From Gammaproteobacteria bacterium (GTDB lineage Bacteria > Pseudomonadota > Gammaproteobacteria > Pseudomonadales > Azotimanducaceae), in contig JAPPND010000231.1 of NCBI GenBank assembly GCA_028818795.1, positions 4,892-68,891 on the forward strand: a stretch of DNA of 64,000 bases, in the 5' to 3' direction. The translations under genes and the position numbers were made by a program. Shown piece by piece: positions 56,634-64,000 of this stretch (the stretch's first letter is position 1; every line of letters begins with the position of its first letter). Under the pieces are notes generated by a model. That model worked only from the letters and a program-made list of their open reading frames with translations, made no database searches and had not been told where the DNA came from.

Positions 56634-59153
56634 TCACTCCGTTCGCAATGCATCCATCGGTGTAATCCCCACGGCGCGGTTGGCCGCGAGCCAGCTTGCT
56701 CCTAGCGTTGCCACGGTGACGACCACTATGGCAATGGCGTACACCCGTAGGTCCGTGGGCGCGACGCCGAACACCAGCCCGCGCAGTGTCGCGCTTGCGG
56801 CAATGCTGCACGCGACACCGATCAACAATCCCGTCGCAATCAACTTCGCCGAACCCGCGACCACGATGCGGCGAACCTGGTCGGGGCGCGCGCCCAACGC
56901 CACGCGAACGCCGATTTCACTGCTGCGCCGGGCGACCAGGTAGGCAACAAGACCGTAGAGGCCCACTACCGCGAGACCTAGAGCCGTGCACGCCGACACC
57001 GAGATCAGGACCAAGGTGAAGCTCAATCGTGCCATCGAACGGTTCACCAGTTCGGACATCGTCCACGCTGCGCCGACCGCAACCGTCGGGTCGATGTCTT
57101 CGATCAGTTCCCGCAGCCGTGGCACGACGGCTGCCGGCTCGCCGTTGGCGGTACGAACCACAAAGTCGATTCCCCCGAAGTACCAACCTGCGTCCCCAGG
57201 TATGGGCGCCAAGGGGTAGTAGATCAGGTTGTGGGGCTTTTCCTGAACGGAGCCCCGGAACACGTCGCCGGCGACCCCGACTACCCGATACCAGTAGACG
57301 GATCCACCGTACGGTGAAACACGCTTGCCGAGGGGGTTCTCGCCCGGCCAGAAACGCTCCGCGAAAGCTCTGCTGACAACCACGACGCCTTCGGCGGGAT
57401 TGTCGAGATCCGCATGGGTGAAGCCTCTACCCCGGACCAGCGGGATACCAACCGCCTCGAAGTAACCGGGAGTGGCCACGGCCTGGGCGGCGCAGTAGGT
57501 CAGCCCTGCCGCCTCGACACGCTGGTACACGGCCGGTTCATCGAAGCCTTGTTGTACGCAGCCATGCCCGGTGAACCTCGAGAACGGGACAGCGGTCGTG
57601 GCACCGACAACCGCGACCCCGGGGAGTGCCTCGATCCTTTGAAGTACCTGCTTCACGAACGGCCACCAGTTGGACATGTCCTGCTCGCCGTGAAACGTCT
57701 TGATCGACACCGAACCCTCGGTTTCGATCCCCGTATCCGTGGCACGCAGGTTGCGGAAGCTCTCGACGAACAGCGCCGCGGCAACAATCAGCACGAGCGA
57801 CAGGGCGACCTGGCCCACGGTCATTGCGGCGCGAAGCCGTTGGCTCTCGCGGCCAGTGCCGCGCACGCCGCGTCCCGCGTGGGCCGTGCCGGTTGCGTCG
57901 ACCCGCCAGGCACAAAAACCCGCCAGCACCAGCGCGACCACGAGCGACAACCCTGCGAGGAACGCGAACACACCGCCGTCGAGCGCCACCTCGTCCATGC
58001 GGGGTATCCGCCACGGCGTCGCCAAAGTTGCCCACTGGACCATCCAGTAGCCTGCCAAGAGGCCCAACAGGCCGGCTGCGAGCGCGATCAACGCGCTGTA
58101 TGCGGCGAAATGGCGAAAGATGGCAAGGCGGCTTGCACCCAGCGCGACCCGGACGTCGATTTCGGCCCGGCGGACTTCCGCCCGGACCAGAAACAAGCTG
58201 GCGGCATTGACAACGGCGACCAGCAGCAGCAGAACCACACAACCGTGGATCAACCACAGGTTGCGGATGATCGGCCCGACCACGAACGACTTGAGATCGT
58301 GGGCGCGCGTTCGGAAACCGTACTTCTCGAAGAGCGCTTCGGAGTATGCATCGGGATAGCTGTCGACGAGGCCGCGCGTGAGTCCGTCCAGTTCGGCTTG
58401 CGCCTGGCGAAGCGAAACGTCGGGGGCAACCTTCGCGAGCAGACTCCAGGCGTGCGGACCGCGCGCTGCCGGATCGAGCCGCATCGGGAGCCAGATGTCG
58501 GGCCGCTCGGGCTCGCCGCCGTGGCCGCTGGAGGGCAACGCCACACCCGAAGCCAGCACTCCCACGATCTCGTAGGGTGGCGCCGTCAGCTCGAAGTACT
58601 GGCCAAACACGCCGGTCTGCATGGGAAGCGTCATGCCGATAATGTTCGGGTCGCCTCCGAAACGACGCTGCCAATAGCCGTGCGAGACCACGGCGATGGT
58701 TGGCGCCGCCAGCTCGTTGTCCGCTGCCTGAAGCCCTCGACCGAGCACGGCGCGCGCACCAATCAACCCCTGCACGCTGGCGCTCGCCACGGTGACCTGC
58801 GTGCGCTCCACGCCACCCGGCGACTCGATGTTCATCCCCACCGTTCCGTAGAGACCGATGCCGGCCAACGTCCGGGCCTTGTCGCGAAACTGGTAGTACT
58901 GCGGGAACGAGCCCTGCCATTCGGCATCCGTGCCGGCCCCGGGCACCTCGCTGCGCAGCATCACCAGGCGCTGGGCGTCCGGGTAGCCCAGCGGGTCCAG
59001 GACGATGTCCTTGATCAAGGTATGCGTGGCCGTTGCGGCACCGAGACCGACCCCCAGCGTGAGCACGATCGTAGCGGTGAAACCCGGTGTGCGCGCCAAG
59101 CTTTGGATCGCTTGACGGCATTCCAAAAGCCATCGCGAGAACGCCACCCTCAC
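56634..59153 (-). CDS. ADOP-family duplicated ABC permease (two MacB_PCD/FtsX modules)
   Basis: About 839 aa with FtsX motifs in both halves (RVALGASRLAIF; EIGVRVALGARPDQV). The proposed GTG 59153 overlaps the upstream stop (GTGA). Confidence 0.8.
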   Translation of the reverse strand: MRVAFSRWLLECRQAIQSLARTPGFTATIVLTLGVGLGAATATHTLIKDIVLDPLGYPDAQRLVMLRSEVPGAGTDAEWQGSFPQYYQFRDKARTLAGIGLYGTVGMNIESPGGVERTQVTVASASVQGLIGARAVLGRGLQAADNELAAPTIAVVSHGYWQRRFGGDPNIIGMTLPMQTGVFGQYFELTAPPYEIVGVLASGVALPSSGHGGEPERPDIWLPMRLDPAARGPHAWSLLAKVAPDVSLRQAQAELDGLTRGLVDSYPDAYSEALFEKYGFRTRAHDLKSFVVGPIIRNLWLIHGCVVLLLLVAVVNAASLFLVRAEVRRAEIDVRVALGASRLAIFRHFAAYSALIALAAGLLGLLAGYWMVQWATLATPWRIPRMDEVALDGGVFAFLAGLSLVVALVLAGFCAWRVDATGTAHAGRGVRGTGRESQRLRAAMTVGQVALSLVLIVAAALFVESFRNLRATDTGIETEGSVSIKTFHGEQDMSNWWPFVKQVLQRIEALPGVAVVGATTAVPFSRFTGHGCVQQGFDEPAVYQRVEAAGLTYCAAQAVATPGYFEAVGIPLVRGRGFTHADLDNPAEGVVVVSRAFAERFWPGENPLGKRVSPYGGSVYWYRVVGVAGDVFRGSVQEKPHNLIYYPLAPIPGDAGWYFGGIDFVVRTANGEPAAVVPRLRELIEDIDPTVAVGAAWTMSELVNRSMARLSFTLVLISVSACTALGLAVVGLYGLVAYLVARRSSEIGVRVALGARPDQVRRIVVAGSAKLIATGLLIGVACSIAASATLRGLVFGVAPTDLRVYAIAIVVVTVATLGASWLAANRAVGITPMDALRTE

Positions 59154-60358
59154 GCCACTTGCTCCGTCGACCAAGTGCCGTGGAAGTCGGCGTAGAGCGG
59201 GTGTCTTTCCATCAGTTGGCGGTGATCGCCGACATCGATGCCAACCGCGTCCATGACCATCACGCGCTTCGCACGCAATGTCGCCGACATGCGATGCGCG
59301 ACCACGATCAGCGTGTTGCCGGTCGCCATGAAGGCCCGTTCCGCCCTGTCCTCGGCGGCCGGGTCCAAGTGGCACGTGGCCTCGTCCAGGACGACGATCG
59401 GTGTCGCCGCGAGATGCGCCCGGACCAACGTCACCAACTGCCTCTCGCCCGCTGACAGTCCCGATTTGGCGAGATCGATCTCGACATCGAAACCACCAAG
59501 CCGGTCCAACACCCGCTCGAGCCCAACGGCCTGGGCGGAGGCGGCCAGATCCTCGTCCGAGGCCGATGGCCGCAGGTAGGTCAGGTTGTCGCGCAGAGAC
59601 CCCGAGAATACATAGGCTTCCTGGGGAACCAGCGTGACGAGTCGGCAACGGTCCCCGCCCAGATGCAATGAGGTGCCGTCGACTTCCACGACACCTTCAT
59701 CTGGAACCAGTACACCCGCGAACAGGGCCGCGAGCGTCGACTTGCCGATCCCGCTCGGGCCAACGATGGCGATGTGGTCGCCGTGTGGTACGTCCATATC
59801 GAGCCCCTCGACGATGGGCTGCGCCGAGGCACCGTAGGCGAACGTCAGTCCCCGTACCTGGATCGCCGGAGGTGTGGTCAACGACACCTCGACCCCCAGG
59901 TCGACCGGCGCCGACTCCTCGCCAACGGTCTCGACGAGGCGGCCGTGGTGCACTCGGAGCAGGTAGGCAAACGCGCCGACGACTTCCCCCGGTGTCAGGC
60001 TGCCGTTCTGAACCAACGCCGGCACGAACGCCAGCGCCGTCAGCGTCGGCAGCCACGTCGCCGTCGCATTGACCAAACCCGAACGTATAGCGTGTTGGTC
60101 GCCCTGTCGCACCTGGGCACGGTTGACGGCCGCTATTCGACCGCGCACGCGAGTCATCGCAAAGTCCTTCGCACCGGCCGCCATCAAGTCGCGAACGCCC
60201 TGAATGGACTTGGTCATCTCGCCGTAGGATGCCTCGCTCGCCAGCATGACCGCCCTCTGGCTGCGCGTGTCCCGACGCATGAGCGCTGCACAGCCCGCGA
60301 TCCTGCAAACGCGTCGCCGGTGCCGCAGGACGTAGGTGATCGGCGGTTGAATGGTCAT
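59150..60358 (-). CDS. ABC half-transporter with N-terminally shortened membrane domain plus complete NBD
   Basis: NBD motifs are GPSGIGKSTL, LSAGERQLVTLVRA and VLDEATCHLD. Only about 165 aa precede the NBD, which looks like the TM5-6 region only. The ATG overlaps the upstream stop (ATGA). Confidence 0.7.
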   Translation of the reverse strand: MTIQPPITYVLRHRRRVCRIAGCAALMRRDTRSQRAVMLASEASYGEMTKSIQGVRDLMAAGAKDFAMTRVRGRIAAVNRAQVRQGDQHAIRSGLVNATATWLPTLTALAFVPALVQNGSLTPGEVVGAFAYLLRVHHGRLVETVGEESAPVDLGVEVSLTTPPAIQVRGLTFAYGASAQPIVEGLDMDVPHGDHIAIVGPSGIGKSTLAALFAGVLVPDEGVVEVDGTSLHLGGDRCRLVTLVPQEAYVFSGSLRDNLTYLRPSASDEDLAASAQAVGLERVLDRLGGFDVEIDLAKSGLSAGERQLVTLVRAHLAATPIVVLDEATCHLDPAAEDRAERAFMATGNTLIVVAHRMSATLRAKRVMVMDAVGIDVGDHRQLMERHPLYADFHGTWSTEQVA

Positions 60359-61605
60359 CCGTCCTCCACCACGGCACTGTCCACGGCGCTGTCGCGCTCG
60401 GTCACCACGAACGCGGCGCGATAGGCCGGGTCGTCCCACAGGTCCGCGTGGGTGGCTACCCTCTCTATGCGCCCGTCCACAAGCCATGCCACGAGATCCG
60501 CAGTGGCCGCCGTGCTCGCTCGATGCGCGACGATGATCGCAGTCCGGTCTTGGGACAGGGAACCGAGTGCCGCAAAGACCCGCCCCGCCGTCGCGACGTC
60601 GAGGCTGCTCAGTGCGTCGTCGAGGACCAAGGCGGGGGAATCCCGCAGCGCGGCGCGCGCCAGACCCAGTCGCTGGCGCTCTCCCCCCGACATCGGTGTC
60701 TCGTCGAGGCACGTTCCGTAGCCCTTGGGCAGGCGCCGGATGAACGCGTCTGCCTCCACGCGCCGCGCGGCGGCTTCGACCTCCGCATCGTCGGCGTCGT
60801 AGCCCAGCGTGATTGCATCCCTGACGGTATCGCCCAGCAATGCCGGCGATTCGAAAGCGTAGGCGATGCGTTCGGCAAGCGCTTTCGAGGACCACGCCTG
60901 CACCGGCGTGGCGTCGATCCGGACCGTGCCCCGGTCGGGATCGTGAAGCCGTCCGAGGAGCGTCGCCAAGGTGGTCTTGCCGACACCGGATTCGCCGACT
61001 AGAGCGATCGTCGCTCCAGGCGGGATCTCCAGACTGACGCCGTGCAGGATGTCGTGGGCTTCGCCGTGTACCCAAACATCCTCCAACTGGATGTTGCGGC
61101 GCAGGGTGTCTGCGGGCGCCCTGCAAGAGCCCTCTTTCATCGCCGGCGCGTCGGCGAGTTCCATCACCCGGGACGCCTGGGAGCGCAGCAGCGCGATGTG
61201 GAACCAGCCGTTGTCGAACACGCCCGCGACCATTCGCCCGGTCAAACGACCACCCAGCGCGACACCGAACCGGGATGTCACCGGCCCGCTCGCCATGGCG
61301 AGGAGCGCCGAAGCTCCCATGGTGCCCGCCAGTCCCAGGAAACCCCAGCCGATGCGTCCCGCCACCGCCTGGTCGATCGCCACCGCCGCCAATGCCGGGG
61401 TCGCCAAGGCGACAAGTATCGAGAGCACGGCCAAAGAGGCTTGCAGCGTGAACCAGTGCCAGGCGCCGCGCGCGTAGGGCGCGAGAAACGCAACCATCGC
61501 GCGCGTGTCCGGCAGATGGCCCGTCAACGTCACGTCCGTCGATGAAACGCGCCTCTTTTTTCGGCCCATGGCCAGGAACCTGCGAATCGCGTGCCACATC
61601 AGCAA
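60355..61605 (-). CDS. ABC half-transporter with C-terminally shortened membrane domain plus complete NBD
   Basis: NBD motifs are GESGVGKTTL, MSGGERQRLGLARA and LVLDDALSSLD. Only about 175 aa precede the NBD, which looks like TM1-2 and the first cytoplasmic loop. Confidence 0.7.
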   Translation of the reverse strand: MLMWHAIRRFLAMGRKKRRVSSTDVTLTGHLPDTRAMVAFLAPYARGAWHWFTLQASLAVLSILVALATPALAAVAIDQAVAGRIGWGFLGLAGTMGASALLAMASGPVTSRFGVALGGRLTGRMVAGVFDNGWFHIALLRSQASRVMELADAPAMKEGSCRAPADTLRRNIQLEDVWVHGEAHDILHGVSLEIPPGATIALVGESGVGKTTLATLLGRLHDPDRGTVRIDATPVQAWSSKALAERIAYAFESPALLGDTVRDAITLGYDADDAEVEAAARRVEADAFIRRLPKGYGTCLDETPMSGGERQRLGLARAALRDSPALVLDDALSSLDVATAGRVFAALGSLSQDRTAIIVAHRASTAATADLVAWLVDGRIERVATHADLWDDPAYRAAFVVTERDSAVDSAVVEDG

Positions 61606-61744
61606 ACGCCACGCCGAGTCTCGGCGCGTTGCGCGCGATAGCGCCTATTCGCAGAACGGACACGTTCAGGAGCGAACGCAAAGTGTCCGTATCCGGTCGC
61701 ACCCGACCTCGTCGGCAGGATTCCCGACTCGATTCGCGGCGGCG

Positions 61745-61768
61745 GAACGGGGCAAGCCCGTCCCCTAC
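61745..61768. repeat. REP-like element, second copy
   Basis: ggaacggggcaagcccgtcccctac shares the 16-mer caagcccgtcccctac with 29253-29268. It is intergenic. Confidence 0.55.
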
Positions 61769-62098
61769 TCGGTCGTGGTGGCCGTCTCTCCGGCCCGTCA
61801 CACCACTCGGCAGGTGTCGCTGACGCTAGGCTGCCGGAGCAGCGAACGCCGATGAACTCGCAGTTGTACGTTAGTCGTCTCCGGCCCGGTGCCGGGCCGT
61901 TCGATAACGCACGCAGATACGTGGTAATTCCTGCCTGTTCGCCGGCTCGGGTAGCTACCCCGCGCCATCAAGGGCTGTTGTATTGGACAGGTAACCCGGC
62001 GCGGAGCGCAGAGCTATCTACATGCGTTATCGGAAAGGGACGCTAGCCGCGCCCATCGTGGTTGTCAATAGGCGCTATCACCATGACCACCATGGTCC

Positions 62099-62806
62099 CT
62101 ATACGCCCGGTCTCACACCGGCGTCCTCGTCGACGATGCGGCCGTCGAACAGATGAACCGTCCGTTGGGCCATGTCGGCGTAGCGCGGATCGTGGGTGAC
62201 CATGCAAACGGTAGCGCCTTCGGCGTGCAACTCGCCGAGCAGGTCCATGACCGCATGACCGTTTTCGGAGTCGAGATTGCCCGTAGGCTCGTCGGCCAAG
62301 AGGATCAGCGGATCGCCGACGATGGCCCGGGCGACGGCAGCGCGCTGCTGCTGCCCGCCCGACAGTTGGGCCGGGAAGTGCCGGGCGCGGTGCAGCATCC
62401 CAACCCGCTTCAACGCGGCATTCACCCTTTCCCTGCGCTCCGCGGAACGCGTGTCCCGATACACGAGGGGCAGTTCCACGTTCTCGAACACCGTCAGGTC
62501 CCCGATCAGGTTGAACGCCTGGAAGACGAAGCCGATCGCCTGGTTGCGGATTCGAGCCCGCTCGGCGACCGAGAGCCCACCTACCGAGTCGCCTTCCAGC
62601 CGATACTCGCCCGCCGTGGCATCGTCGAGCAAGCCGATGACGGAGAGCAGCGTGGACTTTCCGCAACCCGACGGACCGGCGATCGACAGGAACTCACCGC
62701 GTTCGATGTCGAGATGTACCTCGGTCAACGCGTGCGTCTCCAAGTCCTCCGTGTAGAACACCTTGCCGATACCGCTCAATTCGATCAGCGATGGACTGTC
62801 TGTCAT
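62099..62806 (-). CDS. ABC transporter ATP-binding protein (MacB/LolD-type)
   Basis: [25 protein letters not shown] and [11 protein letters not shown] motifs. Confidence 0.92.
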   Translation of the reverse strand: MTDSPSLIELSGIGKVFYTEDLETHALTEVHLDIERGEFLSIAGPSGCGKSTLLSVIGLLDDATAGEYRLEGDSVGGLSVAERARIRNQAIGFVFQAFNLIGDLTVFENVELPLVYRDTRSAERRERVNAALKRVGMLHRARHFPAQLSGGQQQRAAVARAIVGDPLILLADEPTGNLDSENGHAVMDLLGELHAEGATVCMVTHDPRYADMAQRTVHLFDGRIVDEDAGVRPGV

Positions 62807-62821
62807 CTCGCTCTTCTCCGC

Positions 62822-64000
62822 CTATTCGATGCGTACGCGGGGGTAGTCGTCCCATTCGGACATGTCCGACAGCACGACCCGGTCCCCGGGCTCGAGCCCT
62901 GCTCGGATCTCGACCTCGTTCACCGAGATCTGACCGAAGACCACATTCACGCGTTCCGCTAGGCCATCGTCATGGAGACGGTAGATGCCGACTGCGGCGT
63001 TCGCACTCGCGTGGACGGGACGGTCGACATAGGTCACGCCATCAAGCTGTTCGAGCACGACTGTTCCGAATACGCTCATGTTGGGCCGCGCACCGCCCGG
63101 CAACCGCTCCGGCAGGGCTATGTCGACGGTAATCGTGCCATCGCGCACGGCGGGGTCGATTCGGCTGACGCGGCCTTCGAGTAGCACACCCCGGGTATCC
63201 ACCGTCGCCTGTTGGCCCAGCACGATACCCACCGCCTGGCTTTGGGGAACGCGAATCTCCGCCTTGAGCCCGCCGGGTTGAACGACCCGACCAAGCGTTT
63301 CGCCGGCGGCAACCCACTGCCCCTCCTCCGCCGACGACTCCGCGAGCACGCCGGGGAAGCGCGGACGAACGTCGAGCGAATCGACTCGCTCTTCGCTGAA
63401 CCGGACAATCGCCCGGAGTCGGTCGACCTGCTTCTCCTGGGCAGCCAACTGTTCGACGGCGGACTCGCCGCCCACCTCGAGGCGGCGCGTCTCGATATCC
63501 AGGCGATCCTCCAGTTGCGAAAGCCGTTGCCCGCTGCGGACCAGATCGACTTCAGGGACAAGCCCCGGAGTCTTGTCCTGCAGTTCCCGGTTCATCTCGT
63601 CGCGGTGCTTCGCTTCCAGGTATTGGGTCCGGACCTCCGCAATGACGGCTTGTTGAGCCAGGCGACTCGATTCCTGACCGGATCGAAGGGCCACGAGCTC
63701 AGCCTCCGCGTCGGCCAGTTGCTGACGGGCGTCCAGGAGTTGCACCTCGACATCCGGATTGGACAGCCGCAACAACACGGTATCGGGCGCCACGTTCGAA
63801 CCGGGCTGTACGAGAATCTCCTCGACGCGTCCAGCGGTCGCCGCCGTGATCCAGCGCCGCTCGATAGGCACCAACGTCCCGGTACCGCTCGCTTCGCGCA
63901 CAAACGTGCCCTGCTCCACCGTACCGATCCATATCGTGTCTGCCGACACGACCGGCCAAGCCGGGTCAACTCGCCAAAGCACCGCGGTCAGACCACCGAG
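62822..64000 (-). CDS. HlyD-family efflux adaptor (5' end probably beyond the window)
   Basis: Coiled-coil and barrel segments. The frame is open to nt 64000 (LGGLTAVLW...), so the N-terminal TM is likely cut by the window edge. Confidence 0.8.
   Translation of the reverse strand, partial: LGGLTAVLWRVDPAWPVVSADTIWIGTVEQGTFVREASGTGTLVPIERRWITAATAGRVEEILVQPGSNVAPDTVLLRLSNPDVEVQLLDARQQLADAEAELVALRSGQESSRLAQQAVIAEVRTQYLEAKHRDEMNRELQDKTPGLVPEVDLVRSGQRLSQLEDRLDIETRRLEVGGESAVEQLAAQEKQVDRLRAIVRFSEERVDSLDVRPRFPGVLAESSAEEGQWVAAGETLGRVVQPGGLKAEIRVPQSQAVGIVLGQQATVDTRGVLLEGRVSRIDPAVRDGTITVDIALPERLPGGARPNMSVFGTVVLEQLDGVTYVDRPVHASANAAVGIYRLHDDGLAERVNVVFGQISVNEVEIRAGLEPGDRVVLSDMSEWDDYPRVRIE

Noticed and set aside
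59150-61801. An 883-aa ORF, with analogous 5' extensions of 46587-49124, 47138-49876, 56634-59648, 50224-52179 and 31379-34201.
   Set aside because: Only the 3' parts show family motifs. The 5' extensions run through neighbouring genes in another frame. Internal ATG or GTG starts that create 4-bp overlaps with the upstream gene fit far better.
1-64000. A scan for CRISPR arrays, rRNA genes and long direct repeats or IS elements with transposases.
   Set aside because: I noticed no regularly spaced repeats, no rRNA-like conserved stretches and no transposase-like ORFs. Only the short repeats listed above were seen. A by-eye scan cannot exclude short or degenerate elements.

Overview
This is a high-GC bacterial chromosomal window; hand counts of sample 60-nt lines give about 60-70% GC. 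All calls come from reading the ORF translations and the DNA by eye, with no database search. The backbone is a complex I operon. nuoF is 5'-truncated by the window edge. It is followed by a 6.9-kb block of unrelated genes, then nuoG-H-I-J-K-L-M-N. The inserted block carries a RES/Xre toxin-antitoxin pair, a decayed bpt gene, an alanine symporter, a conserved hypothetical, an AAA ATPase and a threonine-dehydratase-like gene. Nine nucleotides after the nuoN stop, composition drops to about 40-50% GC for roughly 7.4 kb. This island holds a translationally coupled four-gene operon: C5-cytosine methyltransferase, HD-domain protein, ORC/Cdc6-like P-loop ATPase and an unknown Rossmann-like 333-aa protein. 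I cannot assign this operon to any named defence system, so it is my best candidate for an undescribed methylation-linked defence or restriction system. It is followed by about 1.07 kb with no credible ORF, then a beta-class amino-methyltransferase-HNH fusion interrupted by one in-frame TAA. The rest of the window is housekeeping and accessory genes:
- thioredoxin-like lipoprotein, quinone reductase, TerB-like protein, aldo-keto reductase and an ankyrin-repeat protein
- a rifampin-phosphotransferase-like PEP-utilising enzyme and an O-antigen-ligase-like membrane protein
- two MacAB-like efflux sets and a second RES/Xre pair
- a Cre-like tyrosine recombinase exactly bracketed by a perfect 17-bp inverted repeat
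- a proA-like gene, ccmFGHI, an AI-2E permease, tusA-like and bepA-like genes
- an NtrB/NtrC-type two-component pair
- a chained minus-strand operon of two ABC half-transporters with incomplete membrane domains, one intact ADOP-type duplicated permease and one deleted, frameshifted copy

I found no rRNA, tRNA or CRISPR array. Many long alternative-frame or antisense ORFs in the track are GC-bias artefacts.
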